Part shown: positions 44,867 through 55,757 of the stretch, in pieces | How positions within the stretch are numbered: the first letter of the stretch is position 1 | How the letters are laid out: every line of letters starts with the position of its first letter | IMG/VR virus record: IMGVR_UViG_3300014822_000065 | Span: 1 to 56,733 of that record | Source: a virus | Lineage: Duplodnaviria > Caudoviricetes | DNA length: 56,733 bases | Strand: one strand, 5' to 3' | Program-made: the position numbers and the translations under genes | The notes under the pieces: generated by a model | Databases searched by the model: none | Seen by the model: only the letters and a program-made list of their open reading frames with translations | Told to the model about the DNA's origin: nothing

Positions 44867-47800
44867 CGGCTATAAGTCTCCTCTGCGGGAATGCCTCGGC
44901 CCACTGCGGCGCTCATTTGATAGACCCTGAATTTCAAGGATGTAGTTTGAGCGGAGCCGAAGTCAGATACCTGCATTGCCTCTGTATAAGTATACGCCGG
45001 TGTCGTCAGGCCTGTAACCTCGCGAACGACGGTCGAACCGTCAAGAATTTCCAGCTCGTATTCCTCCGCTTCCTCGTTCAATGGGACACTCGCCAGTTCC
45101 CATGGATCACCGTCAAAACGCGTGCGCCGGACCCAGCTTAGTTCAATATCATTATTTACGCTGAGGTTCCAAGTAGCTTTCAAATGCACCGGGGCATAGG
45201 GCTTTTTGGCCATTGCTTCGTGCGTGAAGGTGGTTTCCAAGTAGGCATTATCGTCATCGATGCTCTTGTAGGCGCTACCAAAGCGCAGGGTGTGGGTCAC
45301 GTCACGATCACCGGCCGTGAGCGGCAGATATGGGGCAGTGGACGGATTGATAGAGAATTGGTTCTCCAACAGCACAAAGGCGTTCCCGGCAGAGAACGCC
45401 GCTTCGTTCATAACCCATTCCGTGCCAAGTTGACCCCGAATAAGATTGGACAGAACGTAATTCCCGTTGCTGTCGAGAGTTGCGGTCTGATACTGGAAAA
45501 TTTCCCAATGCCCATTGTCATTTTGCATAGCAACGACGTTGTCCCCGTTCAGCACACGGATTTCACTGTCCGCCGAGGGCATTGCGCCGCTAAACGGGCT
45601 TACGGTAATAGTCTGGTTTCGAAGCCAGACACCCGTTTTGCCCGTGCCAACTGCATCGACAAGGGTGCCCATGACGTTTTCCAAGTTCAAGCTGCGCTTA
45701 AGCACCCAGTCTTCGGTTCCCGCGTCGGGATTTTCATCCAAATAGACCGCAACGGTGCCAGGCCAAGGGGAAGCGTAAACTGCCAGCCTCGGCGACCAAT
45801 GAGACGGTTCGTCGCCGGAGTAGAGCGGAATGTCTAGCACAAACAATTCCGGGAAGCCCGGGACATTGGTCAGAATACTGGACTTCGTTTGCGGCGGATA
45901 AACCGGCAAGGAATACAGGCTGAGGTCAAATGATTGGAACTGCACTTCACGGAACTCGCCAGTATCAATCGACTGGATGCGAGCTTGACCAACTCGACCC
46001 TCATCACCAATTGGGAAGGTAATGCCGTCGCCGGGGTCCAGCTTAAACATGGACGGCGGCAGGTTCACCGCCCCGGTCTCACGAGCCATCCAAGCCTGAT
46101 GAAGCAGGCTGTCGGCAAGTCCGCGAACGTAATCGGGGGCCAACGAAATGGGAAGGCGCACGTTGGCCGTATCTTTGTTGGTCGTCTGATGGCGCTTGGC
46201 GTCCAGTGAGGAAACTTCATAGTCGTTTCCTGCGTCAATGAAGTCCACTACTACAGACTTTGGCAATTCAGAGGTCTGAGTGCGTGTGATGGTAAAGCCG
46301 GTCGGGTCGCTGTCAGTGGAAACAAAGCTATCGGTAGCAAGGGCCGTAAGTGCTGTGGTGGATTTCAGGGCAAACTTGATCTTGCCTTCACTTTCGAAAG
46401 CATCGAATTGGAAACCGGTCATGAGCGAGCCGATCGCGTCCCGCACTGCGGTAATGCTGTCGATGAAATAGCCTTTCACAAGGCTTTGTGTGCCGTTCAG
46501 CCGCTCGGTGTCATAGTCTGTTACTCCGACGCTTTCACAGAGCTCCTCGATAAGCCGGGGGAGCGCAGGATACGCAATCCGGCCGGTCATCCAATGACCG
46601 TAGCGCCAAAGGTCGCCGTCACTCCAAACATCAAGGCGGGCCGGGTAATCTGGATAAGGACGAGCGTCCCAGCACCAAAGGTGCATATCATTGATGTCCA
46701 GCATCCCGCTTGGCGAATTATCGCGCCAATATTGAAGCATAGCTTCGGCATAAACACGGGAAATATACTCGTCCTGTAGCCCGTTCGAATAATATGGCAA
46801 AAGGCTTTCTGACGATTTAGGATCGTAAAAGACATTGGGCTGATTTGTGCCCTTGTCTACACAAGGACAGCCAAACTCAGTGAACCAAATAGGCTTAGAA
46901 CCGGGGACATAGGCTGTTGATGAACTACTTTCTACTCCGCCAGGACGATTGTAATGGGCGTTACTCCACCAGTTTCGAATATCCTTTTGACGGAATACCC
47001 AAGGCTTGCCATATGCGCTATCTACGATAGGCGTGCGGGTTTGACTATCACGATCAGCTTGACTGGCGTAATACCAGTCATAATATTCTCCACCTTCAAT
47101 ATTTGACTTGAGATAATCAATATTGTGCGGAGTAACAATCCCGTTATCTGCGTCATAGTCAAGATGGGATGAACCGTCACGCCAATCGGAAAGAGGCATA
47201 TAATTATCAATCCCGATAAAATCGATATTGCTATCTGCCCAGAGTGGATCTAGATGGAAATAAACATCATTGGAACCGTCAGACGGGCGATGGGAGTGGT
47301 ATTCCGACCAGTCTGCGGCGTAACCGATTTTGGTCCCGGAACCGAGGATGCCGCTAACCGTTGCCGCCAGGGTTTGAAGATGCCCAATTGCAGGATACGT
47401 CGAAGCGCTTGACCTGATAGTCGTCATACCAACCATCTCGGTGCCGATGATGAACGCGTCTACGCCGCCCGCGTCTGCGCAGAGCTGGGCGTAGTGCTCA
47501 ATGAAACGGTTATAGCCCCAAGTCCGGGTAAAAAAGGTTCCGACTTGAGTTGCCGCGGCGGCAGTCTTGTCCACGGTGCCCGCGTATCCGGCCGCAGGGC
47601 TACAAGTGATCCTACCGCGCCAGGGGAACACTGGCTGGCCAAGGGTAGCCGCGTTGTCGCTATACGGGTTAGGGAGCACATTGCCACTCTCAATATGCAT
47701 GAAGGTAAACGGGTAAAAAATAACCCGGATGCCACGCGCCTTCAACCACTGAATAGCCTCGATCACCACGTCATCAGAGGGAGTGCCTCCGTAGATTGGG

Positions 47801-48918
47801 TTGCCCTCATTGTCTCGACCAACTTGTGGAATATCAGCATCAGAACGGACATACCCTGCAACATTCCATTCGCGAGGAGTTACAACGCCGTCCCGGTCTT
47901 TATATTCTACCATTGGCTTGATCTGGCATTCACCAATGCGCAGGTCATCTCCAAACCAACCAACAACCAGTGTAATTGCATCCAGATTAGGCTGGAAAGC
48001 AATCAATTGTTTTATAGAGCGGACAAAATCGCTTTTACCCGTTTGATTGTGCATGTTCATGTTTTGAGCGGAGATACGATCACCGCTACGCGAGGGAAGG
48101 CTCAGGGTATCACCGGCAAGATTGGTAAATGAACCGCCAGGAAAGAAGTTATTTAACACACTGCCTGAGGCATTCTGCAGGGTATAAATATCCGTTCCAT
48201 AAACAAACTCGCCGGAACCCGGGATGAGACAAAAAGACCGAGCAATATTGGAAATGTCGTCCGGATCATCGGTTTCAATAGGACAAATGATTTCTGCGGT
48301 CACCTGCGGAATGCGATTACCAAAGTCCTCAAGCTGGAGGTCTTCGAAGACAATATAGCAGGTTCCGCGAAAAGCAGGAGTATTTTCAACGCCCTCAATG
48401 CCCTGGATAACGGAGTCCGGCTGCTGAGTCTCTGTGCCGGAGTAAAATGTGCTCTGGATCGTGGTAAGATCAATTTCTTTTCCATCCATCCACAGGCGCC
48501 CGAGGGTCGTCCGCTCATTACCCTCGCCGAAGGCCACGGCAAATGAGCAAGAATAGGTATACGTGGTGGTTTCCACCTTCTGGCCGCCGCCGCCGCCTTT
48601 GCCCCCGACTTCTTCGGTCTCCGTCGTCTTAGTTTCTTTGAAACGGGAGGACCAGATAAGATTACCCCCGACGCGCATCATCCCGTAGAGACGACCCACA
48701 ACGGCGCCCTCGGTGGACTGCATGACAGTGATTTCTTGGAGACGCGCACCTTCGTTACGGACTGCAGGCTGCAAGGAAGCAATGATGAGGCTATCAACAT
48801 AGGAACCAACGGTGGCGCCAATCATACCGCCAATGGCCGCAGCGCTGACGCCCAGGACACCCCCGCCAATCGATCCGCCGATCGCAGTGCCTACGATACC
48901 AAGGGCAAGAGTGGCCAT
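44863..48918 (-). CDS. GTA-like baseplate 'megatron' / host-specificity protein (RcGTA g15-like)
   Basis: 1351 aa; PAFRG, LIPGSGEF, GGTPSD, YAADWSEY, GIDNYMP, KPIWFTEFG, WDARPYP TIM-barrel motifs. Confidence 0.92.
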   Translation of the reverse strand: MATLALGIVGTAIGGSIGGGVLGVSAAAIGGMIGATVGSYVDSLIIASLQPAVRNEGARLQEITVMQSTEGAVVGRLYGMMRVGGNLIWSSRFKETKTTETEEVGGKGGGGGQKVETTTYTYSCSFAVAFGEGNERTTLGRLWMDGKEIDLTTIQSTFYSGTETQQPDSVIQGIEGVENTPAFRGTCYIVFEDLQLEDFGNRIPQVTAEIICPIETDDPDDISNIARSFCLIPGSGEFVYGTDIYTLQNASGSVLNNFFPGGSFTNLAGDTLSLPSRSGDRISAQNMNMHNQTGKSDFVRSIKQLIAFQPNLDAITLVVGWFGDDLRIGECQIKPMVEYKDRDGVVTPREWNVAGYVRSDADIPQVGRDNEGNPIYGGTPSDDVVIEAIQWLKARGIRVIFYPFTFMHIESGNVLPNPYSDNAATLGQPVFPWRGRITCSPAAGYAGTVDKTAAAATQVGTFFTRTWGYNRFIEHYAQLCADAGGVDAFIIGTEMVGMTTIRSSASTYPAIGHLQTLAATVSGILGSGTKIGYAADWSEYHSHRPSDGSNDVYFHLDPLWADSNIDFIGIDNYMPLSDWRDGSSHLDYDADNGIVTPHNIDYLKSNIEGGEYYDWYYASQADRDSQTRTPIVDSAYGKPWVFRQKDIRNWWSNAHYNRPGGVESSSSTAYVPGSKPIWFTEFGCPCVDKGTNQPNVFYDPKSSESLLPYYSNGLQDEYISRVYAEAMLQYWRDNSPSGMLDINDMHLWCWDARPYPDYPARLDVWSDGDLWRYGHWMTGRIAYPALPRLIEELCESVGVTDYDTERLNGTQSLVKGYFIDSITAVRDAIGSLMTGFQFDAFESEGKIKFALKSTTALTALATDSFVSTDSDPTGFTITRTQTSELPKSVVVDFIDAGNDYEVSSLDAKRHQTTNKDTANVRLPISLAPDYVRGLADSLLHQAWMARETGAVNLPPSMFKLDPGDGITFPIGDEGRVGQARIQSIDTGEFREVQFQSFDLSLYSLPVYPPQTKSSILTNVPGFPELFVLDIPLYSGDEPSHWSPRLAVYASPWPGTVAVYLDENPDAGTEDWVLKRSLNLENVMGTLVDAVGTGKTGVWLRNQTITVSPFSGAMPSADSEIRVLNGDNVVAMQNDNGHWEIFQYQTATLDSNGNYVLSNLIRGQLGTEWVMNEAAFSAGNAFVLLENQFSINPSTAPYLPLTAGDRDVTHTLRFGSAYKSIDDDNAYLETTFTHEAMAKKPYAPVHLKATWNLSVNNDIELSWVRRTRFDGDPWELASVPLNEEAEEYELEILDGSTVVREVTGLTTPAYTYTEAMQVSDFGSAQTTSLKFRVYQMSAAVGRGIPAEETYSR

Positions 48919-48921
48919 CCT

Positions 48922-49353
48922 TTAGTCCTCAATTTGAGGGAACTTAAAGGCTCCAACTACCCGCTGTTCCCACCGTTGTCCTAGTGTCACCTCATAGACT
49001 TCACGTCCACTATGCGAGTGCACCATGTCTGTGTCATTGGTCATGATACCGCAGTGCCATGCCGCCAATTTAGGGTGCGTGCGGAACACCAAAACAATTC
49101 CCGGGCCCCGAGTGTCGACCGGGACTTCGACCAGATACTCCCGCGCGGCATCTAGCATGGTCTCTTGACCTAGTGAGGCTCGCGGCGGGCGGCCGGCATA
49201 AGAGGGCGGAGTTATGAGCTCCCCAGACACCTCGGCGTAAATTCCGCGAAGTAGCCCCAGGCAGTCGCATCCCCTCCCCCTAACGGCTGCCATTTTATGA
49301 TACGGCGTGCCGATCCAGGAACGAGCCAGTGTTACTAGTTCCTCAGCTTGCAT
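48922..49353 (-). CDS. NlpC/P60 tail peptidase (RcGTA g14-like)
   Basis: ARSWIGTPY, GCDCLGLLRG, HCGI; GGAGG RBS before MQAEEL. Confidence 0.88.
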   Translation of the reverse strand: MQAEELVTLARSWIGTPYHKMAAVRGRGCDCLGLLRGIYAEVSGELITPPSYAGRPPRASLGQETMLDAAREYLVEVPVDTRGPGIVLVFRTHPKLAAWHCGIMTNDTDMVHSHSGREVYEVTLGQRWEQRVVGAFKFPQIED

Positions 49354-49363
49354 TTCTGGCCTC

Positions 49364-50260
49364 CTAACCGAACAACGACCCGCCGTCCAGGTTGTCGTCC
49401 CCGATTTTAGGGTAGAACAATAGCATATCGGGTCCAGGAATGAGATTGAAGCCCCGGAAATTAGCAATGTTATTGAACTTGGTGCTGCAGGTGCCTGCGT
49501 CTTGCTTGCATCCTGCCGTGGCCGTAAACGTGTCACCAATTTGGATGTCAAAAGGCATGGGCTGCCAAAGCTCAAAAGTCGCCACGCCAGAGGTATAATC
49601 GTGGAGTTTGACTTCCATGGAGGCTGAGGCGTTGTTGCCCGTAGCCCAATTCACCATTCCGGCAGTGAACCAGTCGTCGGCAAAGCTTGTCAGGCCGGTC
49701 GCGGTAAAAGTTCGGTTGCTGCTCACACTGTCAACCGTGCCCGAACCTCTGTAGACGGCGTTCGTAAGGTCGATACCGCAGCGGGCGTCGCCGATTACGG
49801 CATTACAATAGCGCTGATACTTGCGCCCAGTCTTTTGTTGTAATGCATTGGACAGCCCGCGCATCTCTGCTTGAAACATGACCCCGTGCCGCTTAACCTC
49901 ACCGATAAAACCCTTGCTGACAATGTGCCGTTCAGACACATTGCTCCAGTTCACCCAATAGACTTCTACTCCGGCATTGTCGTAAAAGCCACCAGCCAAG
50001 TCCTCCTCGTTAATACTGTTAGAAGACAGGGCGCCTTGGACTTCCAAGTTATCAACAGCTAAGCCCATGCTTGCCGCAAATTGCGAGGCCGTGAAACCCG
50101 TTGCCGCCTCATAGGTCACGCTGTCAAAAACAAGGTCTTTGTCGTGGTCAGTGAAGCCCTGCACGATCCCATCGTTACGAGTGATTTTCCAGCAGTAGCA
50201 CATGGTAGTCGCCCGACCATCCAGGTGCGCTTGTAGTGCCGCCGAAATGCTCTTAACCAT
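49364..50260 (-). CDS. DUF2163 baseplate hub protein (RcGTA g13-like)
   Basis: GFTDHD, C...GDARC, GC....TC..KFNN..NFRGF Cys cluster. Confidence 0.9.
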   Translation of the reverse strand: MVKSISAALQAHLDGRATTMCYCWKITRNDGIVQGFTDHDKDLVFDSVTYEAATGFTASQFAASMGLAVDNLEVQGALSSNSINEEDLAGGFYDNAGVEVYWVNWSNVSERHIVSKGFIGEVKRHGVMFQAEMRGLSNALQQKTGRKYQRYCNAVIGDARCGIDLTNAVYRGSGTVDSVSSNRTFTATGLTSFADDWFTAGMVNWATGNNASASMEVKLHDYTSGVATFELWQPMPFDIQIGDTFTATAGCKQDAGTCSTKFNNIANFRGFNLIPGPDMLLFYPKIGDDNLDGGSLFG

Positions 50261-50892
50261 TAAACCCGCACCTCAATAACGTTGATTTGGGGAGCCTGAC
50301 CCGCGTTGAACAGCTCCACGGTAATATCCAGGTGGTCATTGGCAAAGCGGACTGGAACATCAAATTCGTATCCCGCTTTGACGACGTGGGTGCTCGCGGG
50401 AGCGGTAACGAAGGTGATAACGCCTGTCTCTGTATTCACAGAGTAATCCGCCGGGTCAACCAGCGATCCGTTCACTTCGACCAGAACTGTTCCACTGACG
50501 GGCTTCTTGATGGTGCGCGTCCACGAAGTTGGGCCGGACGAGTAAACTTTGACAAGCTGGAACTCAGTCGTGACCCCATCGCCGGTACCGATTACTTGGT
50601 CGTCGCGGGCAGGGTCTTGGTTCGGGGCACAGGACTTGTAATCCGCCCAATCCTTCCACCGGAAGCCGTAGAGACGACCAAGACGGGCCTCGAAAAACTC
50701 GAGGACCTCGTGTAGGTCATTGATGTTGCGAATGCCCAAGCCAGCGTCATATTCCCGGCGGCTGTCCGCCCACACAGCGTTTCGCTCCTCAAAGCCCGAA
50801 CGAAGGGTAACAATATCAGTGCGACGCCGCGGACCTCCTGAAGACCCGCGGCTGATAGAAGTGGGGAAACGGACCTCGTGAAAATCAGCCAT
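50260..50892 (-). CDS. DUF2460 distal tail protein (RcGTA g12-like)
   Basis: FHEVRFP, GGP, SGFEERN, FFEAR.G..GFRWKDW.DY, FDVPVRF. Confidence 0.92.
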   Translation of the reverse strand: MADFHEVRFPTSISRGSSGGPRRRTDIVTLRSGFEERNAVWADSRREYDAGLGIRNINDLHEVLEFFEARLGRLYGFRWKDWADYKSCAPNQDPARDDQVIGTGDGVTTEFQLVKVYSSGPTSWTRTIKKPVSGTVLVEVNGSLVDPADYSVNTETGVITFVTAPASTHVVKAGYEFDVPVRFANDHLDITVELFNAGQAPQINVIEVRV

Positions 50893-53800
50893 CAGTTATT
50901 CCTCTGACCGCGTGCCAGCATGCGCTGGGCCCGAACAGCCATTTGGCTCTCAGACCGCCGGAAGCCTTCAACGTCCGGGGTGGTAATGTTGAACACCACC
51001 GTGTTGCCGCCTTCATCTTTGCCCTTACCCGCTGGAGTAACTTGGACGCGCTCACCGCGGGAAGCCCGGAAGGCAACAACATTTTTGTCCACTCCGCCCG
51101 TGCCTCCAACTACAAAGTCGGCGCCCTCATTGAGCCCCGGGAGGCTCATGCCGGGGATAAAACTGCCCATAACGCCTCCGAAGAAATTCTTCAACGGGGC
51201 GATAATCATCATTTGGACACCAATACGAGCCAGGTCTTTAATAACCGAGGAAGCGAACTCGTTGAAATTGAAAGTGCCAGTTTCAACGAAATTGTTGAGA
51301 GCGTCCCCCAAGTTATCAAAGAGGGCGTCACCCGCCTGTTTAACAAGATCAAGCTTCCACTGAAGCTCGGTCAGGGCTTCGACGCGTTGCCGGATGAGAG
51401 CCACGTCTTGCTGGTCAAGCACAACGCCTTCTTGACGCGCCCTTTGCAGGACGTCGTAAAGCATTTTCTCCTGCTCAAGGGCCTCATTGTTGAGAACCAT
51501 TTGAGCATGGCGGCTATCCAGTTCTTGGTTGATGGACTGCAGGACGCTGAGGTATTCTTCCGATTGACCTGTGCGATTGCGGCCTTCAAGGATATTGCCT
51601 CCGGCGCCAAGACCGGTTTGACCCAAGCTCAGGCTAGCGGTAGACAAGGTGCTATCCAAAGTCGCCACGCCGTAGTCGGCGAGCGCAGCAAGCATAGCGC
51701 CATACGTCGCGTCGTCCAGGCTTCCTCCTCCAGCTCCGCCGGCGGCAAAGGCCATTGTACCTGGAGTGTAGGCAGCCTGGACGACTTGCGGCTGGCCGCT
51801 GGGCATTCCGACGGAGCCAGAGCGCCCTCGGATAAGCTCAACGGCTGCAGCCGCACGGATCAATTCGTCCGCAAACCCTCGCGCCCCGTCTTGCAGAGGC
51901 GTGAAATTGATCCGGTCGAGAGTGGCCTCAGTTTGGCTTGCTGCGTCAGCACCTCCCTGCATAGGCTTACGGAAGCGGTTTGCCTCTTCGGTGAGTTCCT
52001 GTAGAACTTCAGTATTGGCGCCGAGAGCTTCAAGCATAAGCGCCTCTTGTTGCCGCGCCCGGTCAAGAGCATTCAGCAAGTCGGCAGTATCCTTCACCCA
52101 GCTAGAGTTATTCACGAAGGCGCCCGCCTGCTGGGCTGCTTCAAGAGCGGCTTGCAGGGCTTGCAGAGCTTCAACTTTTTCCGGGAGAGCGTCGGCAGCG
52201 GCAACTGCGTTCACCTGATCTTCAAAGCCGCCAATCAGGGTTGCAATACTAGTCAATTGCTCCTCAGCTTGGGTCAACCAGCGCTGGGCTTGGGCCGAGG
52301 GCTCCTCTGCAAGATTTTCCGGAAGGGCCTCAAGAGCAATAGCCAGGCCCTCGGCAGCCCGAGTAACCTCAGGGCCAACACCGCGCACCCGGTTCACGGC
52401 TGCCACAAAGTCTTCGATGGTGCCCGTGCCTTCTTGAACGGCCTTCAGCAGGTTATACAGGTTCTCAATTTCAGCGTTGCCATATCCGACAACACCACGG
52501 TTGAAGCCGGGGCCGGCCAGTTCTCCTAGGGCTGCACGAACATTGTCTATATTAAACGGGTTGAGGGTAGTCCCGTTAATCTCATTCTCCATGTCACGAA
52601 TGCTACTCTGCAGTTCGCGTAGGGCGTCTTGCAGTTGGGCACGCGACTGACGGAGCATGGCCTCGGTGGTGAGGTTGATAGCCCCGCCAAGCTCTTCCTG
52701 CTCATCAGCAGCAGCCTGCACCAGGGCGTTATAGCTCTCAAGAGCGTCAACCCCGTTGTTCATAGCTGTGTGCAGGCGTTCGATCTTGTCCGCGGCGGTA
52801 TCGGTGTTCTGATAGACCCAGAACGCCGCACCCGCAAGAAGCGTGAGCCCACCGACGATCGGCCCACCAGCAAAGCCGAGCACCCCACGAATGCCCGCAA
52901 GAGCGGCGCCCACAGCCCCAAGATTGGTAGCAGCAGTGGCGACCAAAGCAACCTTTCGTGCCGCAAAACTGAAGGCCATGGCCGCACCAATTGAGAACAG
53001 GGCGTCTGCAATGGGCTCAATATTGTCGGCAATGAGCAGGATGGCGTCAGCCAGCGTACCAGAAATGGTTTGGGCTTCCTCCGAAGTGGAGATGTATTCC
53101 GTCAGCTTATTGCGGAAAACTGTAAAGGCCTGGCTGATAGTGCTCTCAGTTTGTCCAAACATATCCGCAATCATCGGATACTGCGACATAACGGCGTTAA
53201 AGAACTGTTCGGAGGTAATCTCGCCGTTAATCACCATCCGGCGAAGGCGCGCAACAGAACCACCGGCCTCGTCAATACCACGGGCAGCGGCCAAGGCGAT
53301 TGGATAGGCGCCTTCAAGAATGGAGTTGAATTCTTCAGCCCGCACAATGTCCGTGCCAATGGCTTGCGAAAGCTGAATGAGGGCCCCTCGTGCTGTTTGG
53401 GCAGAAGAACCTTGGATCGCCAGGCCCATACCAACAGTCTCTACAAATTGCAGAGCTTCTTGCTGGGAAATACCAAGCTCCTGAGAAGCCATCATGGCCT
53501 TCTGGTAGAGCGAGGACAGTTCTTCGATGGGCGAACGGGTGCGACGGGCAATTTTATAGAGTTCGTTGAGAGCAACCTGGGCCTCTCCAGTGCTATCGCT
53601 CACGATATTAATGCGGTTTGCCACCACTGTTGCGCTGTCGGAAAGTCGCATCAATTCATGGGCAAGAACCCCGGCACCGAAGGCGCCCACATACCGATCG
53701 AGGAGCATGAACGGACGGTGGGCGCCCCGGGCCGAGACACCAACCCGGTCCACCCCTTCGGAAAGACGGTTGGCGCCTTGGGCCGCTCGTTCCGCGTCCC

Positions 53801-54302
53801 GGGCAAATCGGTTCACCTCAGGGAGCGTCACGACACGCGGGATCGTCGGGGGAAGGCCAGTAGTCCGGTCCCGCAAGTTATTGGAAGAAATAAAATTCGT
53901 CTGCATCCGGCGAACAGCTTGAAGCTTGCGGATTACATCGTTGAGCTCCTCTTCTGCTTGGCGGAACTCGGAGACCGCGTCCCATTCCACGTTCGTGCCC
54001 ATCTCAACACGTGCAGCGCGGAGGTTCTGGCCAATTTGGATGAGAGCCGCGTTGGCATCAGCAATGGGAGTGCTGAGCCACGAAGCCCGGGTGCGCGGAG
54101 CCGCAAGCGCCTGGCGCAACGCCTGAATTTGCTGCAGGGTCCGGTTAAGCTCTGCTGTGGGTGAGATATTGCGCAAGGCACGACGGAGTTGACCCAGCTC
54201 GCTCTCAGCCCGATCGGAAGCGGCGGCCACATCTTCAATTTTGCGCTTAACTTGGCGCGAGCCCCGTTCTGTGAGGATAATGTCAATGCGTTCTGTGGGC
54301 AT
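50892..54302 (-). CDS. Tape measure protein
   Basis: 1136 aa helical; tape-measure domain QLSQAIG..IVRAEEFNSILE; C-terminal TPDVEGFRRSESQ. Confidence 0.92.
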   Translation of the reverse strand: MPTERIDIILTERGSRQVKRKIEDVAAASDRAESELGQLRRALRNISPTAELNRTLQQIQALRQALAAPRTRASWLSTPIADANAALIQIGQNLRAARVEMGTNVEWDAVSEFRQAEEELNDVIRKLQAVRRMQTNFISSNNLRDRTTGLPPTIPRVVTLPEVNRFARDAERAAQGANRLSEGVDRVGVSARGAHRPFMLLDRYVGAFGAGVLAHELMRLSDSATVVANRINIVSDSTGEAQVALNELYKIARRTRSPIEELSSLYQKAMMASQELGISQQEALQFVETVGMGLAIQGSSAQTARGALIQLSQAIGTDIVRAEEFNSILEGAYPIALAAARGIDEAGGSVARLRRMVINGEITSEQFFNAVMSQYPMIADMFGQTESTISQAFTVFRNKLTEYISTSEEAQTISGTLADAILLIADNIEPIADALFSIGAAMAFSFAARKVALVATAATNLGAVGAALAGIRGVLGFAGGPIVGGLTLLAGAAFWVYQNTDTAADKIERLHTAMNNGVDALESYNALVQAAADEQEELGGAINLTTEAMLRQSRAQLQDALRELQSSIRDMENEINGTTLNPFNIDNVRAALGELAGPGFNRGVVGYGNAEIENLYNLLKAVQEGTGTIEDFVAAVNRVRGVGPEVTRAAEGLAIALEALPENLAEEPSAQAQRWLTQAEEQLTSIATLIGGFEDQVNAVAAADALPEKVEALQALQAALEAAQQAGAFVNNSSWVKDTADLLNALDRARQQEALMLEALGANTEVLQELTEEANRFRKPMQGGADAASQTEATLDRINFTPLQDGARGFADELIRAAAAVELIRGRSGSVGMPSGQPQVVQAAYTPGTMAFAAGGAGGGSLDDATYGAMLAALADYGVATLDSTLSTASLSLGQTGLGAGGNILEGRNRTGQSEEYLSVLQSINQELDSRHAQMVLNNEALEQEKMLYDVLQRARQEGVVLDQQDVALIRQRVEALTELQWKLDLVKQAGDALFDNLGDALNNFVETGTFNFNEFASSVIKDLARIGVQMMIIAPLKNFFGGVMGSFIPGMSLPGLNEGADFVVGGTGGVDKNVVAFRASRGERVQVTPAGKGKDEGGNTVVFNITTPDVEGFRRSESQMAVRAQRMLARGQRNN

Positions 54303-54312
54303 CTGTCACCCC

Positions 54313-54885
54313 TCACCGTGCGTTCTGGTTGAACCCGCCAATGCGGGCTGGTCGCGCGGCTCGAGCGGGATATGCTCCACCGCCCAAGTCCTCAAAAATT
54401 TTGTTCCGCCGGACTTCGGCCGCTGCCAGTGCAATGCAGCGTTTCACAAAACCCGCAGCCTGTTGCTTTGAGTGCCCTCGATCCAGAGCCTCGATGTAGT
54501 AAACCGGGTTAGAAACGTAGAAGCTAACTCCTCCGTCTGCGAAGCTCATGTCACCGGCTGCCTCAGCCAAGTGGCGAAGGTAGCCAATTGTGAGAGCCCG
54601 ATCGATAACTGCGTAGGCATCGGCAATAGCAGCAGCAGCGTTGCGCGTCTCGCTGATCCCGAGATGTCGCCCGGGCGCAAAAGCCGGGCGCACGGAGACG
54701 GGGTCTTTATCGGAGGAACGAACTTGCCAGTTAGAACGCGCCACGCCGCGATCAACGGGCGTGGCGCGAATTAGGGATGACGCCAGGACTTTGGTCGCCT
54801 TACGGGGAGTAGCGTCGGCCCATCGGCCAACTTGGTAGGCGCGAACACGCAGCCTCCGTCCAAGCTCGCCAAAACCGTTTGCCAC
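54313..54885 (-). CDS. Tail completion / neck protein (HK97 gp10-like)
   Basis: TPVDRGVARSNW, NPVYYIEALDRGHSKQ. Confidence 0.8.
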   Translation of the reverse strand: MANGFGELGRRLRVRAYQVGRWADATPRKATKVLASSLIRATPVDRGVARSNWQVRSSDKDPVSVRPAFAPGRHLGISETRNAAAAIADAYAVIDRALTIGYLRHLAEAAGDMSFADGGVSFYVSNPVYYIEALDRGHSKQQAAGFVKRCIALAAAEVRRNKIFEDLGGGAYPARAARPARIGGFNQNAR

Positions 54886-55229
54886 TACTTTGTTCCTCCG
54901 TTACTTTTTTCTGCCTTCTTTCGTCTGTATTCTAGCAGAGCGTTGTCCAAATTCCTGACATGGAACATCACATCGTCCCGTGTCTCCCCGTCTAGCCCCT
55001 CGTCTCGGCAGTAGGCCCGGATCGCTGAACCAGGAATGGGCCCGTCTACCCTTTCCGAGGAGAGCTCCTGAAACGCCTTATAGAAGTATCCCAGGCCAAG
55101 GGGTATTTCAGGAGCATTCGCGATAGGGTCCGGAAGAGGCTGGTTAGACCGCATCGCAATTTTAATGATCTGTTCCTCTACTGGCCCTTGCTCCAGCTGA
55201 TAAATGAGGAACTCGACTAGGCGTTTCCC
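54885..55229 (-). CDS. Tail assembly chaperone, -1 frameshift extension (gpGT-like)
   Basis: Open -1 frame continuing from the slippery GGGAAAC; no own RBS. Confidence 0.75.
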   Translation of the reverse strand, partial: GKRLVEFLIYQLEQGPVEEQIIKIAMRSNQPLPDPIANAPEIPLGLGYFYKAFQELSSERVDGPIPGSAIRAYCRDEGLDGETRDDVMFHVRNLDNALLEYRRKKAEKSNGGTK

Positions 55230-55702
55230 TCCTCTTCCCGGCGTGTCTGCAGAAAGAGAGCTTCCTTGCCAGACTGGATGCGAAGATCGTTGTAAAGGTT
55301 CTGAATTTCGGGATGCTTGAGCACCGTGAAGACGTTTTCCCACGTGAACGGGAGCAGCTCGCCAGTGTCCGGGTCTTCAACGCCCTGTTTCCAGTCCTGG
55401 CCCTCCGGGTCCGGATTGCCCTCGGCGTCGACCAGAACTTCCCAATTCAGAATGATGGCCTTTGCCATCGCTTCTTTCATGATCTTCTCGGAAATTTTCG
55501 GATCGAGGGTCTCGAGCTGGATCGCTCGGCGGTAGGGCTTGGTCAGAACCTCCAGCAGGCGTTCATAGGACTTGTTGGCTCCTCCGGCACGTGCGATAGT
55601 GACCCGAAACGCCCCATAGTCCAGTTCGACGCCTTCCTGTTCGGCTACGGTATCAGAACGGAAGGCCCTGTAACCGCCTCCCTTTTTCTTTTGCTTGGCC
55701 AT
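55217..55702 (-). CDS. Tail assembly chaperone (gpG-like)
   Basis: EGVELDYG..RVTIARAGGANK.Y; between major tail and tape measure genes. Confidence 0.85.
   Translation of the reverse strand: MAKQKKKGGGYRAFRSDTVAEQEGVELDYGAFRVTIARAGGANKSYERLLEVLTKPYRRAIQLETLDPKISEKIMKEAMAKAIILNWEVLVDAEGNPDPEGQDWKQGVEDPDTGELLPFTWENVFTVLKHPEIQNLYNDLRIQSGKEALFLQTRREEEGNA
55223..55229 (-). other. Programmed -1 frameshift site G GGA AAC
   Basis: XXXYYYZ heptamer in correct phase, two codons before the TAG. Confidence 0.8.
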
Positions 55703-55757
55703 ATTACGCTCCTCTGGCTAGCTGGTTGAGGAGGGCCTGGAGGGCCCTCCATAGAAT

